A stretch of 63,253 nt of DNA, filler included, from Bradymonadales bacterium (GCA_007693605.1; 7 parts of 7 records of this genome joined end to end with filler, not necessarily neighbours in it); one strand, 5' to 3'; shown: positions 32,246 through 42,583, numbered from the whole stretch's first letter. The notes: a model not told the origin generated them from the letters alone. Translations and numbers: made by a program.

Positions 32246-33139
32246 CTACTCCAACCTCAACTGAGAACGAACATCGCTTTGCTCAGGCAAGGGTTCTAAG
32301 ACTCGTCGAAGCTCATCGGCTTCTTTGGACTTCGCCTTCGGCAAGATCAGTTGAAGTCGAACAATGAGATCGCCCGTCTTTCCGCTGCGAGGGTTTTTGA
32401 TCCCCTTGCCTTTCAACTTCAATCGCGTCCCGCTAGACGAAAACTCCGGAATCTTTAGCTCGACTTCTCCCCAAATGGTGGGGACCGTCAGCTTCGCGCC
32501 CGAAACCGATTCCTTCAAACTGATGGGCAAATCCATTTCCAGATCGTCTCCACTTCTTCTCAGAAAAGGGTGTCGACTCACTTCACAGACCAGAAAAAGA
32601 TCTCCGCCGTTTCGACCCTTTCCGGCGAGGCGAATCTTTGAGCCCGAGTCCACTCCCGCAGGGACTTTCACTTCAATCAGACCGCTTTCTGTTCTTAAAC
32701 TCTTAACCGTCCCCTTCACACTTTCTAGAAAACTTAAGGGCAAAACGGATTCCAAATCTTGAGCTCTCGGATGGCTCTTACGAGCGCCTCGAAAGGCCCC
32801 CATGAAAATATCTCCAAACAAATCATCGAGATTGAAACCAAAGTCCTGAAAGCTCCCGGGGTCGAAGCCTCCCCCTCGCCTCGCACTCTCCCAAGCTTGA
32901 GAAAAGTCTGAGCCAAAATTTCCGCTGCCAAAGCGATCATACTTCGATCGTTTATCGGCGTCGCTCAAAACGGCATAAGCTTCTGAAATTTCCTTAAATC
33001 TCTTTTCAGCCTCCGCATTGTTGGGGTTGAGGTCGGGATGATACTGTCTGGCCAGCTTTTTATAGGCCTTCTTGATTTCCGCCTCTGAAGCAGATCGATC
33101 GACCCCCAAAATCTGATAATAATCTTTTCCCGCACTCAT
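32246..33139 (-). CDS. Class B J-domain chaperone (DnaJ/CbpA-like, no Zn finger)
   Basis: [14 protein letters not shown] region, C-terminal substrate domain. Confidence 0.93.
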   Translation of the reverse strand: MSAGKDYYQILGVDRSASEAEIKKAYKKLARQYHPDLNPNNAEAEKRFKEISEAYAVLSDADKRSKYDRFGSGNFGSDFSQAWESARRGGGFDPGSFQDFGFNLDDLFGDIFMGAFRGARKSHPRAQDLESVLPLSFLESVKGTVKSLRTESGLIEVKVPAGVDSGSKIRLAGKGRNGGDLFLVCEVSRHPFLRRSGDDLEMDLPISLKESVSGAKLTVPTIWGEVELKIPEFSSSGTRLKLKGKGIKNPRSGKTGDLIVRLQLILPKAKSKEADELRRVLEPLPEQSDVRSQLRLE

Positions 33140-34212
33140 AGAACAATCTGCACAGCCTCTTCAAGCTCGTCGGCTGTTCGAATCACAGACCTCAAAGAAT
33201 CGGCTACCCTCATAAAGGCCTCTGCCACGGCCGTTCCTTCGTGATTGATCAAATAGGGTAGGCCCCGATCACAAGCCTCCCTGAGTTGAGGATCAATGGG
33301 AATCTCACCGAGAAACGGAACGCCAGTCTCTTTACAAAAGTTGGTTGAGCCCCCACGAGAAAAGATCTCTGAGTGGGTTCCACACTCAGGGCAAACAAAC
33401 TCTGACATATTTTCAATCAATCCCAAGATCGGAACATTGACCTGCCGAAACATGGCATAGGCTCTTTTCACATCAATCAAAGAAATCTTTTGAGGGAGGG
33501 TCACCAGCACACTTCCGGTGAGAGGCATTGTTTGACTCAACGACAGGGGGGCGTCGCCCGTACCCGGCGGCAGATCGACCAACAAAACATCGGTTCCTTC
33601 CCAATCCACATCGACATAGAACTGCTGAATCAGCTTGTGAATCATCGGCCCCCGCCAAATCAAACCCTGGTCTTCTTCCACGAAAAAGCCAGCAGACATT
33701 AGCTTAATGCCATGCGCTTCAATGGGCTGAATCTTTCGATTCAGCATCATCGGCTTCTTTCCCTCCACCCCGAGCATGGTCGGAATGCTAGGACCATAGA
33801 GATCACAATCCAGAATCCCAACACTGTACTTCAATTTCTTGAGAGCCATCGCCAAGTTCACAGTCACAGAAGACTTTCCTACGCCCCCCTTTCCTGAACC
33901 CACGGCAATGATGCTCCCAATCGCTGGGCGCGGCGGCTTCTTCGCAGACTCTGCAGACGAGTCACCTGCAGATTCAACAAAATCGACGACAATCTCTAGA
34001 CTGGAATCAAGGGCCTTCAACGCCTTGTTCGATTGAAAACTCAAACTCTTCTCAAACATGGAGTTTCTTTCAGCCAAGCGATACTCCACGAAGACGGACT
34101 TTTCTTGAATCTCTAGTCGAGAGATCAAGCCCGACTCAACAACGCTCTGCTTCTGGGCCGGCAAACGGACCGTCTTTAATGCTTCTAATAGGCTTTCTTG
34201 CGTGATCTCCAT
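33136..34212 (-). CDS. mrp: Mrp/ApbC Fe-S cluster carrier ATPase
   Basis: [29 protein letters not shown]; start placed at ATG 34212. Confidence 0.93.
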   Translation of the reverse strand: MEITQESLLEALKTVRLPAQKQSVVESGLISRLEIQEKSVFVEYRLAERNSMFEKSLSFQSNKALKALDSSLEIVVDFVESAGDSSAESAKKPPRPAIGSIIAVGSGKGGVGKSSVTVNLAMALKKLKYSVGILDCDLYGPSIPTMLGVEGKKPMMLNRKIQPIEAHGIKLMSAGFFVEEDQGLIWRGPMIHKLIQQFYVDVDWEGTDVLLVDLPPGTGDAPLSLSQTMPLTGSVLVTLPQKISLIDVKRAYAMFRQVNVPILGLIENMSEFVCPECGTHSEIFSRGGSTNFCKETGVPFLGEIPIDPQLREACDRGLPYLINHEGTAVAEAFMRVADSLRSVIRTADELEEAVQIVL

Positions 34213-34253
34213 ATTCGACCTTTTAGCTGAGAACCCAAGAATTTCAAGCGCTC

Positions 34254-35801
34254 TCAGCCCTTTCCTTCTGTGGGCCAAACAAAGATTCTTTGAGCGTTTC
34301 GGAGCTGATTAAACACAAAACGGTCCACAATTCGAGCTCCGCCCGATACATCAAAAACCGACCGAGTTAAGCCTCCGTCTTGATACTGCCCTCGAGTTTT
34401 GGCCTCCAAGAGGGCCAACTCTCGCTGATCGCATAAAAATCTCAAGAGTCCAAAGGCAGCATCAGAATAGGTCGCTTGGGGCAAGCCCGCTTGTACCGCC
34501 GCCCGATAAGTCTGAGTGATCAGTTTCGCCGTCGGAATACTCGCCTGATCATAGGTCCATGCATCTTGCTTTGAAGCCAGCAGCAGAAGCCGATCACTTA
34601 AGCTTTGTGACATTCCTCGATCTCGGGTCAGAAGGGCCATTAACTCAAGAGCCTGCTCTCGATCTCCCTGCTCCACCGAGTCATCCAGCCTAAGCACTAA
34701 TTGGTTCTTGGTCATATTCTCAGAGAAACTTCCGTAGATCGAGTCGCCCGTCGGGCGGGTGAGTGCTTGATAGTTTACTCTCTGAGCGATTGAAACCAAA
34801 TCGCTCAAGCAGGCTGCCAAGTAAAACTCTCGCTTCTCAGGAATCCAGCGAGCAGCCGAACCCCATGCGTCGGCCCGCAACAGACTTCTTGTAACCAGCG
34901 GCCATTGCTCCTGCCGCATTCCAAAGAGGAGTCTCCCTCGAAAAAGTTCAATGGCCAGAACCAATTGATCGAGACCACAAGACTCTCGACTCAAGTCACG
35001 CATCATCTCCCAGGCCGACTCGAGACTCTCTTTTGAAATTCGGTGCCAAAGCTCCTCAGCCCATTCAAGCCGCCACTCCGTCCTCGAACTCTGGGGAGCC
35101 TCAAGTCCTCCCGAACTCAGAACGCTTGCGGCCCTCGCCACAGACACAGGCAAACTGGCTGTTTGAGGTCGCGTCCAAAACCGAGTGAAGGCCCTGCGAA
35201 GAATGAGATCATTTTTTTTCCAAGCAAAACTGAAGGCCAAATCCAATGCCTTCATCAGAAGTTGGAATGTCAAATCGTCTGACTCTTGACTCGACTGAGT
35301 CACTAGAACCTGAATGGCCTGAGCCCGAACACTTCGATTTTCTAGCAAGAACAGCAGGGAGCTCCAGGCCTCTTCAAAAGAGTTGATCTCGCGAGCCTCT
35401 CTCCGAATCAAGACTTCAAAATCTTGAACCGAACAGGCCTTCGAAGAGCTTCTCAATTCAGGCCCACAATCAATGAAAGCCCGAGCTTCTCCCCTAGATA
35501 GGGCCAGGCTATACAAGCCTTGCGCCATGGGAAGCCACTGATAGCCCTCTCTCAGACTATTCGTTGCTTGAAAGCAATGCATTAAATGGAGGAGAGAGCG
35601 GTCAACTTGGTCATTGTACTGACCGGCCCGATCTAAAAGCTTCAAACTACACTCAAACAGCTCTCGAATCGTCTTCTTCCGATCCATGATATAAATCAAG
35701 TTCGTAAAAAACTCTCTTTCAAAATACGGGTCAACGATCAATTGGGTGCGGATCTCAAACCAATCTTCTGCGTTGTCGATGTTCGATCTCATCTGAGACA
35801 T
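34254..35801 (-). CDS. Hypothetical all-helical protein (515 aa)
   Basis: Long ORF with SD AAGGTGAG, co-oriented between aspA and mrp; no family recognised. Confidence 0.8.
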   Translation of the reverse strand: MSQMRSNIDNAEDWFEIRTQLIVDPYFEREFFTNLIYIMDRKKTIRELFECSLKLLDRAGQYNDQVDRSLLHLMHCFQATNSLREGYQWLPMAQGLYSLALSRGEARAFIDCGPELRSSSKACSVQDFEVLIRREAREINSFEEAWSSLLFLLENRSVRAQAIQVLVTQSSQESDDLTFQLLMKALDLAFSFAWKKNDLILRRAFTRFWTRPQTASLPVSVARAASVLSSGGLEAPQSSRTEWRLEWAEELWHRISKESLESAWEMMRDLSRESCGLDQLVLAIELFRGRLLFGMRQEQWPLVTRSLLRADAWGSAARWIPEKREFYLAACLSDLVSIAQRVNYQALTRPTGDSIYGSFSENMTKNQLVLRLDDSVEQGDREQALELMALLTRDRGMSQSLSDRLLLLASKQDAWTYDQASIPTAKLITQTYRAAVQAGLPQATYSDAAFGLLRFLCDQRELALLEAKTRGQYQDGGLTRSVFDVSGGARIVDRFVFNQLRNAQRIFVWPTEGKG

Positions 35802-35856
35802 CTGGACTCACCTTTCTTCTGTGGACTCACGGCTTCTCGTCAGCTGCCGAGAGCTT

Positions 35857-37263
35857 TCACTTCTTCTCTAGAAATCCTGGTTCGGTCAGCCTGCGAGAAA
35901 AGACCTCTTTCGCCTCGGCTTCAGTTAGGTACCCCATCTCTACAGCCAGATCTGGAATTCGCTTCTTCTCTTGAACCGCTCTCTTCACCACTTTCGCCGC
36001 ATTTTCATAACCCACCACCGTGTTCAGAGCCGTGGCCAGCCCCATCGAAACACCAAAGTACTCAGCACAACGATCTTCGTTCGCTCGAATTCCCTTAAAA
36101 CACTTCTCGTTTGAAACCTTCAAAGCATTGGTCAGCACTTGTATTCCCGACACCAAGTGATAGCCCACCACCGGCATCATGACATTCAATTGTAACTGCC
36201 CTGCCTGAGCAGAATAAGCAACCGTCGTGTCTCGACCAATCACATCAAAACAAACCTGGTTGAGCATTTCCATCACCACAGGATTTACCTTTCCGGGCAT
36301 AATCGAAGAGCCGGGCTGCACTGGGGGCAATTGAATTTCTGCGAGGCCCGTGGTCGGACCAGAGCTAAGCAAGCGAAGATCGTTCGCGACCTTGGTGAGA
36401 GCAATGGCCAAGTTTCTGAGAGCCGCCCCGTAAAAGCAGCAATCCCCAAGACTCTGAGAAAGTTCGATCAAGTTCTTGCCAGGCTTTAGAGCCAATCCTG
36501 TCAGTTTCGCCAACTCATGAGCCATTTTTTTTGCATAGTCCGGATGAGAATTCATTCCAGTCCCAGCCGCCGTTCCCCCAATGTTCAAATAGTGGAGTTC
36601 TTCTGCTGCAAACTCGAGCCGCGCCTTCTCCTTCGAAAGCATCTCTGCAAAGGCTCCAAACTCCTGACCCAAGCGAATGGGTACGGCATCTTGCAGATGG
36701 GTTCTGGCGGTGCTCAAAATCGAATCGAACTCAATGGCCTTCTCTTTGAATGTAGCAATCACGGAGTCTAGAATCTTTATCAACGACTGGTGTTCTTTGA
36801 GCACGCTGATTCGAATCGCTGTTGGAAAACTGTCGTTGGTGGACTGGGCTGCGTTGACATGATCGTTCGGGTGCACAAAGGAATAATCCCCTCGAGCCTT
36901 GCCCTTGATTTCAGCTGCGAGGTTTGCAAGTACTTCGTTAACATTCATATTGAAGGAGGTGCCCGCGCCAGCCTGGTAGACATCGATCACAAACTGATCC
37001 AGATGCTTTCCTTCTTTGAGAACAAGGTCCGCTGCCGCTTGAATCGCCTCCGCCTGGTCCGAACGAAGGAGGCCCAACTCCCCATTGATCTTGGCGGCCG
37101 CCCTCTTAATATAGAGATAGGACCGAATGAAGACTTCCGGCTCCTTTAGGCCAGAAATCTTCCAGTTCTCGACCCCCCTCTGAGTTTGCACGCCGTAGTA
37201 GGCGCCCGCTGGGACTTTGAGTTCCCCAAGGGAATCTTTTTCAATGCGAAATTCTTGGCTCAT
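35857..37263 (-). CDS. aspA: Aspartate ammonia-lyase (fumarase/aspartase superfamily)
   Basis: GAGTSFNMNVNEVLAN, RTHLQDAVP, GSSIMPGKVNP, GQLQLNVM; GAGTS fits AspA better than FumC (GSGTQ). Confidence 0.8.
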   Translation of the reverse strand: MSQEFRIEKDSLGELKVPAGAYYGVQTQRGVENWKISGLKEPEVFIRSYLYIKRAAAKINGELGLLRSDQAEAIQAAADLVLKEGKHLDQFVIDVYQAGAGTSFNMNVNEVLANLAAEIKGKARGDYSFVHPNDHVNAAQSTNDSFPTAIRISVLKEHQSLIKILDSVIATFKEKAIEFDSILSTARTHLQDAVPIRLGQEFGAFAEMLSKEKARLEFAAEELHYLNIGGTAAGTGMNSHPDYAKKMAHELAKLTGLALKPGKNLIELSQSLGDCCFYGAALRNLAIALTKVANDLRLLSSGPTTGLAEIQLPPVQPGSSIMPGKVNPVVMEMLNQVCFDVIGRDTTVAYSAQAGQLQLNVMMPVVGYHLVSGIQVLTNALKVSNEKCFKGIRANEDRCAEYFGVSMGLATALNTVVGYENAAKVVKRAVQEKKRIPDLAVEMGYLTEAEAKEVFSRRLTEPGFLEKK

Positions 37264-37269
37264 GGCTCT

Positions 37270-37298
37270 AATCTAGAAAAATCAAGGACTTCTCGCAA
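37270..37298 (-). promoter_or_regulatory. Sigma-70-type promoter, leaderless aspA
   Basis: Minus strand TTGCGA-17-TAGATT-6 nt-ATG. Confidence 0.65.
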
Positions 37299-37324
37299 AG
37301 GGAATTGCTTGAAATCCCTCAACG

Positions 37325-37485
37325 AGGCTCTGTCTGACAAATGGTTTTCGTAGCGAGGCAGTGGATTTTTGGCCTCTGGCAAGGCGATAGCGAGGCGCAT
37401 ATTGGACATATGCAACGAGCGACAACGCAGCCAGGAGCCAAAAAGACCTGCCGCAGTAGAAAATTCCATTTATCAGCCAGAGCCT
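37325..37485 (-). mobile_element. 161-bp MITE-like long hairpin with family B 40-bp core
   Basis: Ends AGGCTCTG.CTGA.AAATGG / CCATTT.TCAG.CAGAGCCT; inner TTTTTGGC/GCCAAAAA; 37389-37428 is the reverse complement of 63150-63189. Confidence 0.75.
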
Positions 37486-37532
37486 AACCAAAGTTGGGGC
37501 TTCGGCAGCCTTTTTTGAGTTAGAATGGTGTC

Positions 37533-37871
37533 ATGAAGCTGGATATTGTTTTTAAGGAAATGGAAAGCACTGAAGCCATTAAACAACATATTCGAGAAAG
37601 GGCTGAAAAATTAGAACCTTATATTGCACCTGATGAGTATGTCAGAGTTGCTCTGGAAGCTAAGTTCAAGGGTCAACGGCACCAGGCCGAAATTGACTGG
37701 AACTGCAATCTGACGAAGAAAAATTATCATGCCAAGGCAGAGGGTCATCACCTCTACACTCAGATCGACGAGATTTTTCAGAAAGTTCTGAAACAGGTGC
37801 ACAATAACCATAAAAAGACGATCGATGCGAGACGGCGCAGTGAACCGCTAAAGAAGATCCCCGCCGCCTAG
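37533..37871 (+). CDS. hpf: Ribosome hibernation factor (short HPF/RaiA)
   Basis: MESTEAIKQHI..R..KL, AEI, LYTQIDE; 112 aa; TAGAAT-6 nt-ATG. Confidence 0.85.
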   Translation: MKLDIVFKEMESTEAIKQHIRERAEKLEPYIAPDEYVRVALEAKFKGQRHQAEIDWNCNLTKKNYHAKAEGHHLYTQIDEIFQKVLKQVHNNHKKTIDARRRSEPLKKIPAA

Positions 37872-37874
37872 GAC

Positions 37875-37901
37875 GGGGTCGGGAGACGAACGAGCCAGAC
37901 T
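37875..37901 (+). repeat. 27-bp dispersed repeat (family C)
   Basis: GGGGTCGGGAGACGAACGAGCCAGACT; exact reverse complement at 55693-55719. Confidence 0.9.
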
Positions 37902-37920
37902 GCCAGCTCTCCTCCTAGAA

Positions 37921-38016
37921 GGCGGCGACGCAGCCGGCGATGCAGATGGGCCTTTAGCGATTCCTTAGGACTGGCGATAAAGGTCCAGATGCGAGAAGGC
38001 AAGGAGCGAGCATCGC
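37921..38016 (-). repeat. Family A repeat fragments, reverse orientation, cut by contig end
   Basis: GCGACGCAGCC..GCAGATGGGCCTTTAGCG..GGACTGGCGATAAAGGTCCAGATGC. Confidence 0.9.
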
Positions 38017-38116
38017 NNNNNNNNNNNNNNNNNNNNNNNNNNNNNNNNNNNNNNNNNNNNTTAATTAATTAANNNNNNNNNNNNNNNNNNNNNNNNNNNN
38101 NNNNNNNNNNNNNNNN
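38017..38116. other. Artificial contig linker
   Basis: N44-TTAATTAATTAA-N44. Confidence 0.99.
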
Positions 38117-38118
38117 GT

Positions 38119-38427
38119 CGGGTCCTCAACAAAAACCCCGAAGCCCGAGCAAGATTTTACGAGGGCACCCCTTTTGCGGGAGCCCTTGCCGGCCCAACCG
38201 CCACTTTTACTCCAGAGAATCGTGGAATACTTATCAATCATCTACTCGACCGGTTTTGGGGAGTCCGATCCTTCAAGTCAGAGTCGCGCTTAGAGGCAGA
38301 GGCAGATCTAGATGATCTTCTTCAATTTGTTCAAGCTGGAACTGCTCAAAATGATTTCAATACGAGACTCGTCATGCGAGCAGTTTGCACCGCAGCATTG
38401 GGCAGTGCCCCCATCGTGTTACAATAG
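38119..38427 (+). CDS. 3' fragment of hypothetical protein (contig-truncated)
   Basis: Open frame from contig start, RVLNKNPEAR...TRLVMRAVCTAALGSAPIVLQ*; missing from ORF track. Confidence 0.8.
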   Translation, partial: RVLNKNPEARARFYEGTPFAGALAGPTATFTPENRGILINHLLDRFWGVRSFKSESRLEAEADLDDLLQFVQAGTAQNDFNTRLVMRAVCTAALGSAPIVLQ

Positions 38428-38447
38428 AGAGGTTTGAGGCAAAGAAA

Positions 38448-40028
38448 ATGATCTTTAAGAAAAAACTCAGCGTCGAAGATCGAATCCATTTTCTCACCCA
38501 TGGGGGACGAGAGAAAATATCTCGCGAAGCTCTCGAAGCCTACGCGGCTTCGCCTCACTCGCCGGAGAGAAGAAACTTTTTAAAGAAACTTGCAGCGGCC
38601 ACAACGGGATTTGTGCTGACTCCGAGTATTTTTGAGATTCTATCTCGCAAAGTTTTAGCTGAATCTGGCTGTGAGCCCTTTGATCCGACAGCCGGAGAAA
38701 GCAGCCGGCCCCCCGTGATTGAACTTCATGCTCGGGGCGGTGATCACTACGCTGCCGATATTGCGGTCGGTCTCAGCGGTAGTGAAGATCTTTTGAGTGG
38801 CCAAGATGCTTATATCTTGCATGGCATGCCTCAGGGCCTTGATATTCGTGCCCTCGGATTCGACAACGCCCCTCAGATTGGTGGCATTCGATTTCACAAT
38901 CAACAAGCCGCTCTCTATCGGGGCCTCAACGACAACCTCTTGCCCGGAGTTAAAGATCATCTTGGCGGCATGGTGGTCTGTGCGTCGATTGGTTCCGACA
39001 CCGACCAAGTTGCGCTGACGGGAACTCATCTCTATCCCCTCTTGGGTCGCACCGGCACCTTAAACAATATGGTCGGTAACCGACCCACCCCTACCGGAGG
39101 CTCCTATCAGCTCGCCCTCGGGCCCCGTCTGGCCAATAGCACTCCCTATGTTCTCAGAAATCGAGAATCCGTTTTGGCCCTGGGGGGCTTAGGCATTTTG
39201 TTCGACTCATCCCTTGGATTGGCAAACGATCGTGCTATGGAGATTCTTCGAGTGGGAGCTCGCATGAGCGAAAGAAGCCTCGCAGAATTTACAAATCTAA
39301 GCCTTAGCGACCAGGTGAAAGAACTGGTTCGATGTGGCTATATTCAGTCAGCAGAACTTCCCGCCGAATTTTCTGAGGGAACTTTGTTTGATGATGCTTC
39401 AGCCGACCTCGCGACCGCCTTTGGAGGTAACCCGAACCAAAGTTCTATCGCCGCTGTGAGCCATGCCGTTCTCTCTAACTTCGCCGGTTTTGGCGCCTGC
39501 ACCGATTTTGGCCACGACCCCCATGACGGCTCGGCTCAAGCCGGCTGGAATGCCAGAAATCGAACGGGCCGTCTTTTGGCCCAGATTCTAAACTACGCTC
39601 ATTTGAGATCAAAACCGGTCTTTGTGATTGTGCTCACCGACGGTGCGATGCGCCCCGCGAATCAAAACAATCCAGAAACTCAAAGCTTTACCAACTCGGC
39701 TGGGGGCTCAACCACCGAGACTCGTTGGGCAGGGGATAGCGATCGCCGTACACTCGTCTTCGGATATTTTTATCATCCGAACTACAGCACTTCTCAGATT
39801 CTTCGAAATACTCGCCAAGTTCAAATTGGTGGCTTTGATGCGAATGGAGTGATTCACAATTCCGCGATCACCACCCAAGTCCAAAATGTTCCCTTGGCCT
39901 TTGCCTACAATTATCTGAGCCTTCTTGGGCAGGAAGACGAGATCGCCGATGTGAGCTTGAGTCGGGGTAATCCCTTCGAGGGGCCGAACGAAGAGATTTA
40001 CAGAATTTTTCGAAAGCTGGGAGGCTAA
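38448..40028 (+). CDS. Probable Tat-exported protein of unknown function (DUF1501-like architecture)
   Basis: Twin-arginine motif ERRNFLK plus hydrophobic stretch and VLA; GHDPHDG and VLTDG motifs; start placed at ATG 38448. Confidence 0.7.
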   Translation: MIFKKKLSVEDRIHFLTHGGREKISREALEAYAASPHSPERRNFLKKLAAATTGFVLTPSIFEILSRKVLAESGCEPFDPTAGESSRPPVIELHARGGDHYAADIAVGLSGSEDLLSGQDAYILHGMPQGLDIRALGFDNAPQIGGIRFHNQQAALYRGLNDNLLPGVKDHLGGMVVCASIGSDTDQVALTGTHLYPLLGRTGTLNNMVGNRPTPTGGSYQLALGPRLANSTPYVLRNRESVLALGGLGILFDSSLGLANDRAMEILRVGARMSERSLAEFTNLSLSDQVKELVRCGYIQSAELPAEFSEGTLFDDASADLATAFGGNPNQSSIAAVSHAVLSNFAGFGACTDFGHDPHDGSAQAGWNARNRTGRLLAQILNYAHLRSKPVFVIVLTDGAMRPANQNNPETQSFTNSAGGSTTETRWAGDSDRRTLVFGYFYHPNYSTSQILRNTRQVQIGGFDANGVIHNSAITTQVQNVPLAFAYNYLSLLGQEDEIADVSLSRGNPFEGPNEEIYRIFRKLGG

Positions 40029-40029
40029 G

Positions 40030-41295
40030 GTGAAGAAGGGGGAGGAGTCTTATCGAGCAGCAGGCGCTGGCTCTTTCTTTTTTAGCCTAAGACATCTCAT
40101 CCCTGGTTTGTTAATTTTCGGACTTCTTGGCGCTTGCGGCCAAAGCGTGAACCTTCCCTTTGGCGGCGGAAACATTGATACCGATGGTTTTAGTGACTCC
40201 CAAAAGGCCTTCGTCCAATCCAACACTTTTCAGACCGTCGTTAACCACTGCTCTGCTTGTCATGCAAACCTGAACACCCCCTTCTTCGCCATTCCCAACG
40301 ACCCCGAAGGCTCTCATGACAACTTGATCGCGGCCGGAGCCGTTGATCTTTCCGATCCCCGAGAGTCGAGAATTGTTTCGAGAGTCTATTTGAATCACAA
40401 TTGTTGGACGGCCAGCTGTCAAAACGACGGGGATTTCTTATTGGCTCGCATTACGGCTTGGAGTGATCAGATTGGTGGAGGGGGCTCATCAAATGGCCCA
40501 TCTGGCATTGTCACCGAGCCGGTCACAATTCCTGCTAGTCTCGCAACCGTTGCCGAAACAGAAACCCTTGAGTTCAATTTGGTGGGGATCACTCCAGGAT
40601 TGCCCGCGCCTTTAAGCTTAAGGCTCGAGATTTCTCGATTTGATGAAGACGCCTATCAAATTTCTAATCCCCGGCTCTTTAGTGGACAGGAGATTATTGT
40701 TCAGGGAATTTCAATTTTTTTAAACGCTTCCAGTTCACCTGTCGATGCCCCCGCCTTCAGTGCAATTGATGCCAGCATCTCAGCCAATCTCGTCGACGGA
40801 ACAATCATTCAGAATGATGGGGACGCTGCACCTGTGGCACTCTTTCAGGTTGGCAGTGAGGGGCCAGGGGGGGACAGTCTGCAATTGAGATTTGATGGCA
40901 TCGGCAGTCTTGAAAACATCAGACAGCAGAAGTTTGATGTGATGGTCGGGTTGATTGGCGGCCAATGCTCGAGTTGTCATACTGGAAACCCCATGCCCCC
41001 TCTGCCGTCGACTCCTTTCGGAGGGAACATTGATGATTTCACAAGCTTTAACGACCCATCGCAGTTTATCGACGAGAATTACGGTCGAGCTTTGGTGGTG
41101 CCGGGCGATCCGCTGGCCTCTGGGCTTTATCGAGCGGTGGCGAGTGGAGTCGACGGAAACGGAATTTTTCCTGAATACGCAGCAGGTGGAATCGCCGAAG
41201 GCTCAAAGATGGCAGAAGAATTTGCACAGAATCCAAACCCTGACTTGGGTGTCGCCAAAGCCATTCGAGAGTGGATCGAACTTCTCGAGCCTTAG
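40030..41295 (+). CDS. Diheme c-type cytochrome lipoprotein
   Basis: Lipobox LGAC; heme motifs CSACH and CSSCH; HNCWTASC; VVPGDPLASGLY. Confidence 0.82.
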   Translation: MKKGEESYRAAGAGSFFFSLRHLIPGLLIFGLLGACGQSVNLPFGGGNIDTDGFSDSQKAFVQSNTFQTVVNHCSACHANLNTPFFAIPNDPEGSHDNLIAAGAVDLSDPRESRIVSRVYLNHNCWTASCQNDGDFLLARITAWSDQIGGGGSSNGPSGIVTEPVTIPASLATVAETETLEFNLVGITPGLPAPLSLRLEISRFDEDAYQISNPRLFSGQEIIVQGISIFLNASSSPVDAPAFSAIDASISANLVDGTIIQNDGDAAPVALFQVGSEGPGGDSLQLRFDGIGSLENIRQQKFDVMVGLIGGQCSSCHTGNPMPPLPSTPFGGNIDDFTSFNDPSQFIDENYGRALVVPGDPLASGLYRAVASGVDGNGIFPEYAAGGIAEGSKMAEEFAQNPNPDLGVAKAIREWIELLEP

Positions 41296-41346
41296 AAAAT
41301 CCGTCGAAATGGAGCGAAAGAGTCTCTAACAACTTTGAGGGCCCAG

Positions 41347-42549
41347 CTATGGTCGGGCAAGCTGAGAAAAAATCACCCGACAAACTCGGGTATCGGGCAC
41401 TACAGCGCCGTATCGATTTCTTTGACTTTGATGCTCACTCCCTCGTACGAGGCTCTCGATCGGATGGGAGCCTGCTCCTTCAGACGCCTTAGGCTCAGCA
41501 GCCATCGACTCAACCAATCGCCTTTGTAAGAAGTTCATTGGGATGCCGTTCCGACCCAACCCCTCTGTAAGAACTCCTTCAATCTCTTGAGGGCTCAAGG
41601 CGATGGGGCCGCGCTGACCGTCTAGCCCACGCTCGTCAGCAGGACCCCTTCGAAATCTCCACCAATCCACCAACAATGGATCGATTCGATTTAGTGCTCC
41701 AGTGCTATTCATCATGCCAAACTTCTGCATGGGCTCTCGCCAACCCAAGTGAGGATTCTCTGCATCTGTTGAAGGAAAAGCTCCCTTCATCAATTGTTTC
41801 GCTCGATTCTCCTGAATTCGAAAGCCTTGAGTGAAGTTCACATCGCCCATTGCCATCAAAGCAAGATAAGCTGCTTGGAGTTCCGCAAGCTGGTCGAGCT
41901 CGGCTTCATTCAGATCACGACCGAGCTGAACCTTGGCATGCTTACCAAGCCTTTCATTTTGATGAAAAAAAGGAGACCTTGGCTCATCCATCAGTTGACG
42001 AAAGCCATATCTAAAATAATCAAAAATCAGCTGCCTCTTTTCAGCTTTATCCAAACTTTGGTAACCTTCTTCGGGAGTGGGAAGGTTTCCGAGAGCCATT
42101 TCCTTTACAACCCAATCTACAATCGAGTCGGTGAGATGTGCATCTATATCGACGATGATTGGTTGCCCGTCAACCATGATCGGCGGTCCCCAATTTCTCA
42201 CGGCGCTCCTATGAAGACTCTCTTCAATCATTTTCTGCTGTCTCAACCAGGCCTCGAACTCCGCTACTGGGCTTGCGGGAGAATCTGAGAACGGCAACTG
42301 CCCCCCAAAAATCAAATAAACGGGTTCTGCTGTAGACCCAGCATTCATCTCTACTATCTGACCTGCAAAGCCCTCTGAAGGGCCGGCAATTGACTCCGGC
42401 GATGGCACTGAACCATCTCCCAAACTTTGAATCTGAGCAGGACTCGCCTCCTCCCGAGGAACGAGTACTCCCGCCCCTTGAGCATGCAAAACTCCAGAGA
42501 AGAGAATTCCAAAAAGAATGAACCCAAAGATGTATATTCGACCGACCAT
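41347..42549 (-). CDS. Hypothetical exported protein
   Basis: 400-aa ORF, signal peptide ending LHA; no family recognised. Confidence 0.75.
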   Translation of the reverse strand: MVGRIYIFGFILFGILFSGVLHAQGAGVLVPREEASPAQIQSLGDGSVPSPESIAGPSEGFAGQIVEMNAGSTAEPVYLIFGGQLPFSDSPASPVAEFEAWLRQQKMIEESLHRSAVRNWGPPIMVDGQPIIVDIDAHLTDSIVDWVVKEMALGNLPTPEEGYQSLDKAEKRQLIFDYFRYGFRQLMDEPRSPFFHQNERLGKHAKVQLGRDLNEAELDQLAELQAAYLALMAMGDVNFTQGFRIQENRAKQLMKGAFPSTDAENPHLGWREPMQKFGMMNSTGALNRIDPLLVDWWRFRRGPADERGLDGQRGPIALSPQEIEGVLTEGLGRNGIPMNFLQRRLVESMAAEPKASEGAGSHPIESLVRGSEHQSQRNRYGAVVPDTRVCRVIFSQLARP

Positions 42550-42567
42550 GCTCCGACTTGGAAAGGT

Positions 42568-42583
42568 TGCAACTTTTAGGCCA
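42568..42583 (-). promoter_or_regulatory. Sigma-54 (-24/-12) promoter
   Basis: Minus strand TGGCCTAAAAGTTGCA = GG-N10-GC, 18 nt before the ATG at 42549. Confidence 0.65.
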
